From the NCBI GenBank assembly GCA_010909165.1, contig VJWM01000118.1:620001-684000 (forward strand): 64,000 nucleotides of DNA, written 5' to 3'. This document shows, one piece after another, positions 42,700 to 56,546 of the stretch. The notes beneath the pieces are model-generated. The model was not told where the DNA came from and made no database searches. It saw only the letters and a program-made list of their open reading frames with translations. A program made the translations under genes and the position numbers. Source of the stretch: Anthoceros angustus (lineage: Eukaryota > Plantae > Anthocerotophyta). Position 1 is the stretch's first letter. Each line of letters starts with the position of its first letter.

Positions 42700-45600
42700 T
42701 GGTATCGAGCATGGTTCGGAGATGCGTAAAGTACTGCACCACCACTGTGGGACTCTTGCCACTTGTCTTCTATTGCATTGTTTGTAGTTATGCGACTAAG
42801 TGTCCGTGAAAGCTCGTTTGCAATTTTGTGAAGCTTGGTAGTAGTTTTGGTGCGAGGAACTTTTGTCTTGTCTTTGCATAGCTTTCGGTGTGCATATGGA
42901 GACTACGCGTCAAGTGGAGAAGTTTGATGGCGTGAACTTCACATTATGGAAGTTGAAGCTAAAATCTCTTCTCATTGACAGAGGATTGTGGAAGTTTGTG
43001 GAAAATGGACTTCCAGATGGCGCTTCTGAAAAGGATATAGACAAGGATACGAAAGCCTTGGCTAATATTATCCTGAATGTGTCGATGACATTCTCTCACA
43101 ATTGAGCGAGTGTGTCTCTTCGCAGGATGCATGGAAAATTCTTTGCAGTACGAGAAGAAGAGCATTGTGAGCGAAATGTCTGGAAAGTCAATTCTCCAAC
43201 TTCAAGATGGGTGAGGGCGACACCGTTCAACAACATGTCAACAAGTTGAAAAGCTTGGTTGATCAAATGAGGGAGGCGAGATCAAACCTTGAGGGTAAGG
43301 TGATCATGCTGAGTAGTTTGCCACCATCATGTAGGCAATTTTATTGTCTTATAGGGCATCCGTAGCGATGCGTCAAGTGACAATCAACCAACCTTTGATG
43401 AGGTGGTTAGATTACTCCTACAAGAGGAGCTTGATGGTTCTTTAGGCGCAAGGCAGGCTTGGCACTCTTCTCCAAGAAGAGCACATCACGGTGGAAGACC
43501 TCGCAAGCCAAGTCTCTAGAAGGGACAAAGGATACAGATGCAAAGAGAAAGGTGAAAGGCTTTTGTTATTATTGCAGGAAGCCCAATCACCACGCAAAGG
43601 ATTGTAAAATAAGATTGGCAGACTTGAAGAAAGGGAAATCATCCCAAGCTAATCAAGTCAGCGAGAAGGACCAAGAACACATCTTCGCGTGCTTCACCGA
43701 AAGAGATCAAGCGACTTCATCAAAGAAGGATGAGAGTTTGTATCTTGACTCGGTGCATCCCAAAGATTTCGCTTATAACCTTCCTTGGTTCTCAAGCTAC
43801 GAGGTATTGCGGAGGGGCATACGGTGGCGCTTGGTGACAATAGGTCACATGACATCAAGGAAGAGGAGTGTTACGAGTCCATCTTCCGGAGGACTATGTG
43901 TATTAAGGGCGTGCATCATGTGCCTCATCTTGCGAGGAATCTTCTTTCCGCAAAAATTGCCGATGCAGTCATGAGGTTGTGTTCAATTCCAAAAGGATTT
44001 CGGATCCAATCCGAGCAGCTGAGTTATCGAATGCTAAAGTGATTGCTAGCGTCCGAATAGGAAATTTGTACAAGTTGTGTGCTTCGTGGAAGGCAAGCTT
44101 GCACCTTTATGGACAGTTCGCAAAATAGCATTGGATCTATTGATTTATGGCATCAACGTCTGGGGCACATTGGTGTGGACAATATCAGGTTGATGAAGAA
44201 CCAACATATGGTTACAGGCTTGGATTTGAAAGAAGTGGGTGAGCCGCAATTATGCCAAGGGTGCATAATGGGAAAGCTACACCGAACTAAGTTCCCAAAG
44301 ATTGCAGCGCGACGAGCAAAGATGGCGCTAGAGTTGGTACACACGGATGTGTGTGGTCCAATGAAAAATTCCACTCATGGCGGAGCCCGCTACATTCTGG
44401 TGTTTGTGGATGATTTCACTAGGAAGACCTGGACATATCTTATGAAGGAGAAATCCGGTATTTACACTCTTCAAGGAATGGAAAGCCATGGTGGAGAACG
44501 CAAGTGGACAACGTCAAGACTTTGCGTGGTGACAACGGAGGTGAATACATCTCCACTAACTTCCAACGCTTTTGCAAGGAGCATGGAATTGGAAGGCAAC
44601 TAACCATCCCTCACACACCGGAGCAAAATGGAGTGGCGGAGCGCAAACTTAGAGTCGTGGAGGCTAAATGCATGTTACATCATAGTGGCTTGGAAGTACG
44701 TTTTGGGGTGAGGTCATGTTACAAGAACCTATGTTTTGAATCGAGTTCCAACCAAAGCTATTGTTGGAATGACCGGAGGAAGCGTGGTCTCAAGCCCGAC
44801 ATAAGCCATTTGAGGATCTTTGGTTCGATGGTTTATGCTCACGTTCAAGCAAACCCGAACAAAATGGGATCCAAAAGGCGTGAAGTGCCTTATGCTTGGA
44901 TACTCTCGAGATTAAGGGCTCGGTTGTATGATCTTTCAAGGAAGAAGATCATTTTAGCGACGTTGTATTTAATGAGGTTGTGGAACCCATCAAAGGAGTG
45001 GGAGCTCCAACCCCGGTGGTTATCATGAAGGATCCGACGGCGTATGTTGACGACCCCGATGAGGATTCGACTATGATGACACTCTTGAGCAACCCGCTCG
45101 AGCCCAACGAACCTTCTCAACAATGCGACATAGAGGGGGAGAAAGGGAAATTCGATGTCGCGATTGGAGAAGTAGATGAAGATCAAAGCATTGTCGTAAT
45201 TGTGAGAGGAAGCTCAAGTATTCGAGAGAGACAACCAATCTTGAGAAGATCAACGAGACAATGGAAACCTTCAGAAGATCTTGGAATCCATGAATGCATG
45301 TGTGTATGAGGAGGCATGGTTGGCGATGCGAACCACAAAGCCTAAGGAAGCATTGGAAGGACCAAAGGCAAAGGAGTGGAAAGAAGCCGTGATGAGTATA
45401 ACTCTCTTCTCAAGAACAAAACTTGGGCAATCACTCCTCTACCTCACGGAAGGAAGAGCATAGGATCAAAGTGGACATTCAAGATTAAGCGCAAGGTGAT
45501 GGAAGCATAGAGCTACAAGGCAAGGCTGGTGGGGAAAGGATATACACAAGTCCCGGTGTGGATTATCGATACCTTCTCCCCGCCGCTAAGATAGCATCTA

Positions 45601-46862
45601 TCCGAGCTCTCCTAGCTATCGCAGCCGCCGACATGGAGATACATCATATGGATGTTACATTGCGTTCTGAATGGAGATGGATGAAGAGATCTACATGGAC
45701 CACCGAGGGATACGAAATACCGGGATGCGAGGGAGAGGTATGTAGGCTACTAAAGGCTCTGTATGGTCTTAAGCAATCTGCCCTTGCTTGGTATCGTAAG
45801 GTTGATGTGTTTTTCCGGTCTAGAGGTTTCAAGAAAACCAATGCTGATTGGAATATCTATGTGAAGAGAGTGGGAGAATCCATAATTATCATTGCTGTTT
45901 ATGTGGACGATTTGATTATTGCTAGCAATGACATGGAACTCTTAGACTCAGTAAAGCAAAGCCTTAATGCAAGCTTTGACATGAGAGATTTGGGTGAGCT
46001 CCACTATTCCCTAGGAATAAAGGTGGAAAGGAATAGGGCTAACAAACAGATCTCTTTGAGCCAACAAACATATGTGGAGACCATATTGGAGCGTTTCGGC
46101 ATGCAAGATTGCAAACCCATGAAGACGCCAATGATCTTCAATGAGAAGCTATCGCAGGAGATGAGCCCTACAACCTAAAAAGGAGAAAGAGAAGATAGAT
46201 AAGACTCTCTATCAACGTGCGTTGGCTGTCTTACATATTTGGCAACAGGACAAGGCCCGACATTGCAGAGGCGGGAGTTGTGAGTCGATTCTTGGCCAAC
46301 CGGACAACGGCATTATCAAGCGATCAAGAGGATATTCAGATACTTGCGCGGCACAAAACATTGGAAGTTGAAATACCAAAAGGATCGACATGAAGAAGCC
46401 CAGGTGGTTGGATTTTGTGATTCAGATTGGGCTGGAGATGTCGATGGCCGCAAGTCTACCACAGGATATGTATTTATGCTATTTGGGGAGCCATTTCATG
46501 GAGTAGTAGGCGTCGACCTCGTGGCTTTGTCCTCTGAGCGGAGTACATGGCAATATCTGCAACAATGGAAGCAATATGGCTACGACGATTGCTCAAGAAA
46601 TGGGATTTAAGCGGTGCGAACCATCTTCAACGACAATCAAGGTTGCATTTACTTAGCAAAGAATGCTACTTTTCACGAGGACGAAACACATTGAAGTAAA
46701 GCATCACTTCATCGAGAGAAAGTTCAATCCAAGGAGATAGAGCTAGCGTATTGTCCCACTGGACATGCTGCAGATGTTTTGACCAAAGGGTTGACTTTAG
46801 AGAAGCACGTTAAGTTTAGCAAGATGTTAGGCTTAAAAGAGTAGCGATGTGTTGAGTGGGAG

Positions 46863-47057
46863 TGTTAGAAATCTATAGGATTGGTGCAACACATCACATA
46901 TTAGAGTTATGAGTATAAGTCCTAGAAGTATATAGGATTATCCCAGAGCGAGATAGGGTTTCATACTATCGAGAGTATGACAAGGCCAAAGGCTATATAT
47001 GTATGCATAGCACACCATTTCTAATGTACTGAACCTGGGAATTACTGTTTTCTAACA
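46863..47057 (+). repeat. Copia 3' LTR
   Basis: Follows the PPT and is followed by TSD CTATC. Confidence 0.95.
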
Positions 47058-47165
47058 CTATCCAAGTGGCCTCCCATCTGCAAACGAAAGCAAACAATGC
47101 AGACAATCGTAATCAAAGGAAGAGTAGATTTCGCTCTAAGACTTCCAACGCCTTACGATGGCGTG

Positions 47166-50100
47166 TGTACAGTGGCCCTCATCACCGTGACTGCCACCAA
47201 TTTACATATAAGCTTGCGATGAATCGCATTCCCGCCCTTGGGATCCGGCAAACACGAGCATTCTTAAGCTCAGAGGCGGTGAAGAGTACCAAAAAACTTT
47301 GCCTTGACTGCTTCCATGAGTTCTCCATTTATATCCACAGCCATGGCGGTGGCAAATGCGACATCGTATCGGGCAAGGTATACATATGTGTCCGTATGTT
47401 GCCTAACACTCGTATATCGCCTAACAACTCACCTGTGGGATGAAGTGGTTTCGGCCTCGAAACGACGGAGGCATGGTAGGCAGCAAGGCGTCGTCACAAT
47501 GGGAAAGGTTGCGCGGCTCCTGTGGCCTCGATAGAGGATAGCCGCAGAGTACGAGATATTCAAGGCAGTTTGTGGTGCGGTGTTTGAGGATGCGGTCCAC
47601 TTCATACATGGGTTTTCCAAGTCCAAGACGGGTGGAGGTCGGGAAGGGAGGGGCCTAGGAACGGCTTTAGCAGGAAGTGTGAAAGACGTTGTGGCACTTG
47701 TAGGAAGGAGGAAGGGCGAGGCGATAGGCCGCAGGGCCGATGACTGTCTGGAAAAGGTCCGATCCATCGATCGGCCAATTTCCGGATCCAGACCAAGGAG
47801 TGGGGTAGAAAACGAGTAGACAATAGCACCGATCGCTGGAAAATGTCGTGGTCGTCGATGGCGGTTGGTTTGTAGGATCTGCCGATTTTGTGCCTCAAAC
47901 ACATGTTGCCGAACTTTGAAGAACTGAGCCATTGTTGGAGGAAGTCCATGGCCAGTGCGTCGACAGCAGGCCACAGCTGTAACATGGTCTGGGATGAAAT
48001 CCATAAAGAGCAAAAAGGTGTTGTTCTGTCTTTGGCATTCTTAGAGTTGTTGAAAGCAAACTCGCTAAATGTAGATATTGCTCCCATTTTTCTGAGTCTT
48101 GACATATGCTCAAGAAGATCTTCAATGGTTTGAATAGCCCTCTGTAGCTCCATCGGTCTGGGTGGCTTCTTTGTTGATAGATACAATTTAGTTTGTAGTC
48201 CGCGATGCATAGCTTGCCAAAGCGAGAAGTAAACCGGGGTCCGATCACTTACTATGCCGTGAGGCAAGCCATGGAGCTCAGAGATATAACGAAGGTATAG
48301 CTCACCGCATCCATCGCTGAACATGCTTCGTAGTGGGGGCTAAGTGGATCATTCTCGTAAGTTTGTCGGTAAACACAAGGATCGCATCATATCCTGGGGT
48401 CAAAGGTAAACCCACTACGAAATCAAGAGTGACTTGCTCCCACGGAGTAAGGGAATGGGCATAGGTCAAGAAGACTGTACCTTAGTCCGGGAGCCTTGAT
48501 CCGTTGACAAATGCCACAAAGATGGATCCAAGTAGTGACATCATCGCCATTTTCGGCCAAGAATACTGCACTGCAAGTTGTAAAGTGTACGGTGAATGCC
48601 TGACCTGCAGAGGGAGTCTCATGAGCCTCAAATAGTATAAGACGAACATGTGGTAGTGGAGGAACATAAAGCCTACCTCGAAATGAAGAAGACACATTCG
48701 ATTGAGTCCATGCGCCCAGATCCGTAACTTGCAGAGCATCCTTAGCAATGGTCTCGCAGTAAGTCGCAAGGAACTCATCGATCCGATTTCCTTGTACATT
48801 AATAGCGTAGTAATAGTTGTTAAACGAGACAGGCATCCGCCACACGATTCTGCTCACCGAAATATGTTGAATCGAAAAGTTGTATTCTTTGGAAGTGCTC
48901 CACCAATGAGCCTCGCTTCCTACTCAAATGTGTTTGAGTTTGAAGATATTTCGATGGCTCGTGATCCGTCTCTAAAATGAATGGGGTGCCTCCGACACCA
49001 CCTCCATTCCTTGAGAGCTAAAACCTGTGCCAAGGTTTCCTTTTCATGGGTGGTCCAGTTAAGTTCAGCCCCTTTCAACTTGCGACTAAAATATGCTATA
49101 GATTGTCGCCCATGACCTCTATCTTGCTGCAACACAGCCCCGATGGCAACATCAGAAGCATCAGTAGTGACTATAAAGGGAAATGCTGGGTCAGGGTAGA
49201 TGAGCACAGGGGCAGAGATTAAGGCTGTCTTGAGGTCTTCAAATGACTCCCACTGTTGAGCCTGCCATGTCCACATTGCGCCCTTTTGAGTTAACTTCGT
49301 AAGGGGGGCTGCCCGATGGGAAAACGCCTATAAATTTCCGTAGTAAGATACTAAGCCGAGGAAAGATTGAACGCCCCGGATGATCTAGGCACCGCCATTT
49401 TGTACTACACATACCTTTTAGGGTCCACTGTATCCCATCTGAAACTATGTGTCCAAGGTACTCTATGGTAAGGTGAATTCACACTTCGCTTGTATGAATA
49501 GCTTCTCCGTAACCTAAGCAGGACTTCTCGTAGTAAAGTAATATGCTCCTCATCGCCTTCTGTAGATGAGTATATCATCTAAATAAACCAACACCCCTTT
49601 CCGATTAAATCACGATAGTGTCGCTCATCGCTTTGGAAGTGCTAGGAGCATTAACCAAACCAAAACTCATGACTAGCCACCATAGTGCCCATCCCTCGTG
49701 TTAAAAGTCGCCTTCTCGATGTCTTCATCAGAATACGGATTTGGTGATACCCGGCTGCCAAATCTAACTTCGTGAAGTACTTGGCCCCTTGCAATTGCTC
49801 AAGCATCTCATCAATCCGTGGTAGGGGTAGCAATTTCGTTTGGTGATATTGTTGAGTCCTCTATAGTCCATGCACATACGTAGTCCCCTGCCTTTTGCCG
49901 TGAAGAGAATAGGGGCCCCACACGGAGACTTTGAAGGACGGATGAATCCTTTCTCGCAAAAGGGCTTCACCGCATCGAGCTTCCTCCAATTCCGTGGGTG
50001 ATAATCGATACATCGAACGGTATGGGGCTTGATGCCCGAGTGAGTCGACTCTATCTTATGATCTGTTTCACGAGGGGAAGCCTTGGTGGCAACCCTTGAA

Positions 50101-50380
50101 CAACCACATCTTGAAACTCCGAAAGGTGGTCCGAACTTGACCCATCAACTATCCACAAGACCTTTCTTATCTACAACATCTTCTCGAATCAAGGAAAACG
50201 CCACAACTTCATTATCCGTTGTTGGTGGTGCAGCCCAAGCGACTCATGAGCAGCTAAAACAGCGCTCTACACGCATCCGTCTCTCCTTCCGGAAATATTA
50301 GGATTACGTTCCTCCAACCACTCCATCCCCAAGATTACATCACAATTAGCAGCGGAGTTATTGTGCAGCAGATGTAATAA
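47166..50380 (-). mobile_element. Ty3/Gypsy chromovirus-like element (pol region), possible 3' LTR at ~47166-47426
   Basis: Protease tail [39 protein letters not shown], RNase H TTDASDVAIGAVL, integrase HGLPHGIVSD / WIGPF, chromodomain YEVDRILKHR..EYLV. LTR limits are tentative. Confidence 0.88.
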
Positions 50381-53299
50381 CATGATAATCTTGGAAGGGG
50401 TTAATATACAAACCCCTTCACAAAAACCCCTTCACAAAAAGACACCGCTCGAAATGCAAAATACGAATCCTCCGTTATGACACCATGCTAAATACGAAGG
50501 GAAAAACATTGATATTTCACAATTCATAAAACAGGGCTTTCTTGGCGGCTGGCTGCCCGAGTATCCTTGCCGGCTATGCTTTGACACAAGTAATGAAAGA
50601 AAATCACGATATCACGTTTCAAAACCCCTTCCGTCCCTCGAATATAGTCTTTCCTCTACAAAGATCCTCAGGTGGTGATAGACTCATCTGCGCTTGGTGG
50701 CTTCAATCTAAAACAAGCTGCCATGTTGCGCATGCGTTCAATTCTACTACATCAAGGCTGGTCTGCCGGGCCTTCATCATCTTCTGCGTTGTCGCCTTCG
50801 TCCTTATCGCCACCACTCCCGGTGGCACGTATCCGAGTTTGTTGTCCTTCCTCTAGCAAGTCCCCTGCTTTGCGTTTTCATCCTTCTTGCACTAAGTGGA
50901 ACCACGAGCTTTCGAACAATTTTTTCGCTAATACAAACTTCTTTAGCCTGTCTTGCTCCTCTCCGGTGGGCCTCGAATGTGAGCTCCTCTTTCCACCGCA
51001 AAACCTCGAAACCATGTATGCGTTGTGGGATATAACCAGACAATGGAGGTCACATTGCAATAGAATTGCGTCCGAGCAATCTTGCCGGTGTTGTTGTCCA
51101 CTTCTGCGCATCCATCCAATCTCCTTCTTTCGAGAATGTTTTGATGAATTTCATCATCAACCCGAGAGGTCTTTGGTAGGCACACCACCATTTTGTCTTG
51201 AGACATGTACACCGCTTCTTCACATGCATATCATGTGGATCGTCCATTGTTAAAAGTCCCTGCGTAATATTGGGCGTCATAGCCGCCTTGCCTTCGAGCC
51301 TTCCTTCACACACCAAGCAATCATATGTACTCCATCGTCTCAAATCCACCTGTCATTACTCATGTTTGTTTTGTCCCAAGCGACTCATGAGCAGCTAAAG
51401 CAGTTGCTCTACATCCGTCTCTCCTTCCGGAAATATTAGGATTACGTTCCTCCAACCACTCCATCCCCAAGATTACATCACAATTAACTGGCAACGGAGT
51501 TATTGTGCAACGAATGTAATAACATGATAATCTTGGAAGGGGGTTAATATACAAACCCCCTTCCGCACAACTGAAACCCCCTTCACAAAAAAGACACCGT
51601 TCGAGAAATGCAAAATACGTCGAATCCTCCGCTAACACCATGCTAAATACGAAGGGAAAAAACATTGATATTTCACAATTCATAAAACAGGGCTTTGGCC
51701 TGGCGGCGCCAGGTATCCTTGCCCGCTATGCTTTGACACAAGTAATGAAAGAAAATCCACGATATCAACGTTTCAAAACCCCTTCCGTCCCTCGAATATA
51801 GTCTTTCCTCTACAAAGATCCTCAGTGGTGATCGAGACTCATCTGCGCTTGGGTGGCTTCGAATCTAAAACAAGCGCCATGTTGCGCATGCGTTCAATTC
51901 TACTACATCGGTCGGTCTACCCGGGCCTTCGCTTCATCATCTTCTGCGTTGTCGCCTTCGTCCTTATCGCCACCACTCCCGGTGGCACGCAGTATCCGAG
52001 TTTGTTGTCCTTCCTCTAGCAAGTCCCCTTTGCGTTTTCATCCTTCTTGCACTAAGTGGAACCACGAGCTTTCGAACAATTTTTTCGCTAATACAAACTT
52101 CTTTAGCCAATTGTCTTGCTCCTCTCCGGTGGGCCTCGAATGTGAGCTCCTCTTTCCACCGCAAAACCTCGAAACCATGTATGCGTTGTGGGATATAACC
52201 AGCACGGAGGTCTCTATTGCAATAGAATTGCGTCCGAGCAATCTTGCGGTGTTGTTGTCCCACTTCTGCGCAACCATCCGTAATCCAATCTCCTTCTTTC
52301 GAGAATGTTTTGATGAATTTCATCATCAACCCGAGAGGTCTTTGGTAGGCACACCACCATTTTGTCTTGAGACATGTACACACCTTCTTCACCCAGATCA
52401 TGTGCAATCACGGATCGTCCATTGTTAAAAGTCCCGTAATATTGGGCGTGCCTTGTGCCTTCCTTCACACCAAGCAAGCTGTTATGTACTCCACTCTCAA
52501 ATCCACCCCACCATTACTCATGTTTGTTTTGTCCCAAACGAAGGACACCATTCCACCCTTGCCACATAATCCACGCATGCACTCTCTCACAAGGTGAGCT
52601 TCTTCCACTCCGTGCATGACAATGAGCGAATTCTTCCGTCGTCTTCTCACGGAAGCTTTGGAAGCTGTGTTCATCATGCATCGAACCGACTATCCATAGG
52701 ACCAATGTCAAAGCCTCTTGGGACATCCATAACGAGAAGGGTATAAGCCCGCGGAAGGAATCCCGCATCTCCATAATGTTTCTTTTTCCACTTGATAGTA
52801 ACACTCTTCTCGGACCACGGAGCGGTGAACAAGTGCGTCGTCTTTCAAATCCTTGTCGTGATTGCACGCTGCTCATCCTCAAGACTCTTCCAGTTGTTAA
52901 TCTCAAATATGAAGTTCTTGAAATCCTCCGGCTTTTGCAAATTCTCCACATCCTTTATTTCTTTGAGCCGAAAGAAAAACGTTAGAGCGAGGACACCACA
53001 TTCCTATTGTATTCAAACAAGCGGGCGATGGCGAAGGAGGGTGTGAAAGGCGCGGCCGCGCCCTTCACACCTCCATCGACAAATTTGGGCGTGAGCCTCA
53101 CATGCGGCGGGCGCCGGCGGCGCGCCGCCGGTAGGGCGAGGCGGGGGCGAAGCCATACATGGGCGCCGGCCGGCGCCCGTGACATGTGCACTGCGCATCC
53201 AAAGATAGTGGGGAGGCGCGGCCGCGGCGCCTCCCACTATCGTGCCATTCTCTCGACAGGCGTGGCGGGGCGCGGCCGGCGCCCCTCTGCAAAACGAAA

Positions 53300-56200
53300 C
53301 CAAAGCGACTCATTGTCGTGGTGACGGATCTCACCTTCCAAAGAAAAGCCGTTTGAAAACGAGCAATCATGTCGTCGTTGAGTGTAGGATATTCCTTCCT
53401 CACTTCCTCGAAGATGAGCACTCCGGATGTTTAGCCATGGCCACTTGAATAACATGCGCTTTCTTTCTTGAAGTAATTTCGTCCTCCATTCCTTTGAGAT
53501 CGAGGATGCACAAGACCTTCCTGTTGCCGTGACAAGAATCACGCCACCCTTTGGTATACCACGGAATGATTTCCGGGGTTTGAGCATGTCTTTCGGCTTG
53601 AAATACTGTTTCCACGTGTTTGGGATCATCTGTGACTTTCCTTTTCCCTTCCCTTTCTTCTGGTGCCAGTATGTGCTTCTTCCGCCTCGTAACTCCGCTT
53701 CCCACTTTGAAAAGATCTTATCAATATTATCCCATACCTTGCCCTCCGCCGCGATGCAGATGTGTGTCCTGTTGTCCACTTTGTTCGCTTGTACACGTCA
53801 TCTTCGGCCTTCATCATCTTCAATTAATCCAAGAACCTTATAAAGATTGAACTTCCATGACATGGTCATCGCACTCCATCCCGACGCAATAAGAAGCTCA
53901 TCTCGTAAATATCTTACATTCAATAAAAGACATTTTCTTCCGCTTGTCGACATTGTGTTATGGTCGGTTGCAAGAACTCTCATCTCGCACCGTAAGCCCA
54001 CGGTATACATGCGCTTCAACATATTGAAACAGGACTTCCGAGCAATATCCGCCAAGTGCTTCATAGCGACATATGTGTGGTTCCCCAAGTACACCCATAA
54101 TATATTTCTTGGCCGAATTTATCCAACTTGCTAATATCGTTGCACTCCGGGTCAATCATGCATGATGGCGTAACCCTTCTTCAATCCTTCCTTGAATAAC
54201 TCGGGCTAGGTAGTTTGACCATGCCTCGTCCACCCTCCCGATTTGGGCATCCGGTGTAATAAAAGATCTTGGCTTCAAATTCTCAAGCTTTACCGATCTC
54301 TCGAACAACTTTCTTGGCATAGGCGAGTCCACGATTATTGTCAATGGGTCCGATTCCGGATGGCATCTTCAAGTCTTTCCTCATCTGCACATGGATCGCT
54401 ATATTCTCTGGTGGGCTTCACTCACGGTTTCCTTCACACACCAAGCAACATGTACTCCATCGTCTCAAATCCACCCTCACATTACTCATGTTTGTTTTGT
54501 CCCAAACGAAGGACACCATTCCACCCTTGCCACATAATCCACGCATGCACTCTCTCACAAGGTGAGCTTCTTCCACTCGTGCATGACAATGAGCTCGAAT
54601 TCTTCCGCCGTCTTCTCGAAGCTTTGGAAAATCGTGTTCATCATGCCCGCATCCAACCGACTATCCATAGGACCAATGTCAAAGCCTCTTGGGACATCCA
54701 TAACCAAGGGTATAAGCCCGCGATCAAGGAATCCCGCATCTCCATAATGTTTCTTTTTCCACTTGATAGTAACACTCTTTCTCGCACTCGAAGGAATGTG
54801 CAAATTGTCTTTCAAATCCTTGTCGATTGCACGCTGCTCATCCTCAAGACTCTTCCATTGTTAATCTCAAATATGAAGTTCTTGAAATCCTCCGGCTTTT
54901 GCAAATTCTCCACATCCTTTATTGTCAACGCCGGAAAGAAAAACGTTAGAGCAGGACACCACATTCCTATTGTATTCAAACAAGGGACGATGAGGGTGTG
55001 AAAGACGCCACCGACCGGCGCCCTTCACACCTCCATCGACAAATTTGGTTTACATGCGGCGGGCGCCGGCCGCCACGCCCGCCCGGTAGGTGGCAGGGAC
55101 GGACATGGCGCCGGCCGGCCGGCCGGCGCCCGTGACATGTGCAGCTCAAGATAGTGGGGAGGCGGCCGGCCGGCGCCTCCCACTATCGTGCCATTATCTC
55201 AGACAGATACGCCGCCACCGCGAATGCAAAACGAAACCAAAGCGACTCATTGTCGACGGATCTCACCTTCCCAAAGAAAAGCCGCTTGAAACCGAGCAAT
55301 CATGTAGTCTGAGAGGATATTCCTTCCTCACTTCCTCGAAGATGAGCACTCGGATGTTTAGCCATGGCCACTTGAATAACATGCGCTTTCTTGAAGTAAT
55401 TTCGTCCTCCATTCCTTTGAGATCGAGGATGCTCACAAGACCTTCCCTTGCCGTGACAAGAATCTGCCCACATTCATCGGTATACCGGAATGATTTCCGG
55501 GGTTTCATGAGCATGTCTTTCGGCTTGAAATACGCTTTCCACGTGTTTGGGATCATCCGTGACTTTCCTTTTCCCTTCCCTTTCTTGGGTGCCACAGTAT
55601 GTGCTTCTTCCGCCTCGTAACTCGCCCGCTTCCCACTTTGAAAAGATCTTATCAATATTATCCCATACCTTGCCCTCCTCGCGATGCAGATGTGTGTCCT
55701 GTTGTCCACTTTGTTCGCTTGTACACGCCATCTTCGCCTTCATCATCTTCAATTAATCCAAGAACCTTATAAAGATTGAACTTCCATGACATGGTCATCT
55801 CTGACTCCATCCCGACGCGCAATAAGAAGCTCATCTCGTAAATATCTTACTGCTCAATAAAAGACATTTTCTTCCGCTACATTGTGTTATGGTTTGCAAG
55901 AACTCTCATCTCGTGCACCGTAAGCCCACATACATGCGCTTCAACATATTGAAAACGGACTTCCCGAGCAATATATCGCCAAGTGCTTCATAGCAAGATA
56001 TGTGTGGTTCCCCAAGTACACCCATAATATATTTCTTGGCCCCGCCACCCAACTTGCTAATATCGTTGCACTCCGGGTCAATCATGCATGAATGGCGTAA
56101 CCCTTCTTCAATCCTTCCTTCAAATAACTCGGGCTAGGTAGTTTGACCATGCCTCGTCCACCCTCCCGATTTGGGCATCCGGTGTAATAAAAGATCGGCT

Positions 56201-56546
56201 TCAAATTCTCAAGCTTTACCAAGATCTGTCCGAACAACTTTCTTGGCATAGAGTCCACGATTATTGTCAATGGGTCCGATTCCCGGATGGCATCTTCAAG
56301 TCTTTCCTCATCTGTCCACACATGGACAGTCGCTATGTTATCCTGGTGGGCTTCACTCACTGTTTCCTTCCTGGATTTCTTCTTTCTCTTCCCCCCAGAT
56401 GGAGCCTCGCTATGTGAGCGACTGGTATGCCCTGTTGCGGCGTGCCCACCATGCCTTGCTCTCCCACTCGAGTCCCCTGTCTCCATACTCTCGGATCTGG
56501 CGGACACAGGAGGTTCCTCAATAGAAGCGCCCGCCCACCCCGCCAC
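53300..56546 (-). pseudogene. Large frameshifted ORF (present twice) with a possible ParB/Srx-like domain, transposon-associated
   Basis: Stitched frames read AQIGRVDEAWSNYLARVI...WVYLGNHTYVAMK...VLATDHN...VWDNIDKIFSKWE, resembling the ParB G-x-H-(R/T)-x-x-A motif. Weak. Confidence 0.35.

Larger units (their letters stand above)
42506..47057 (+). mobile_element. Full-length Ty1/Copia LTR retrotransposon
   Basis: LTRs 42506-42699 and 46863-47057 (TG...CA), PBS TGGTATCGAGC (iMet type), PPT GAGTGGGAG, 5 bp TSD CTATC on both sides. Gag zinc knuckle CYYCRKPNHHAKDC, WHQRLGH, integrase HTDVCGP, RT YVDDLII, RNase H CDSDWAG. Confidence 0.97.
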
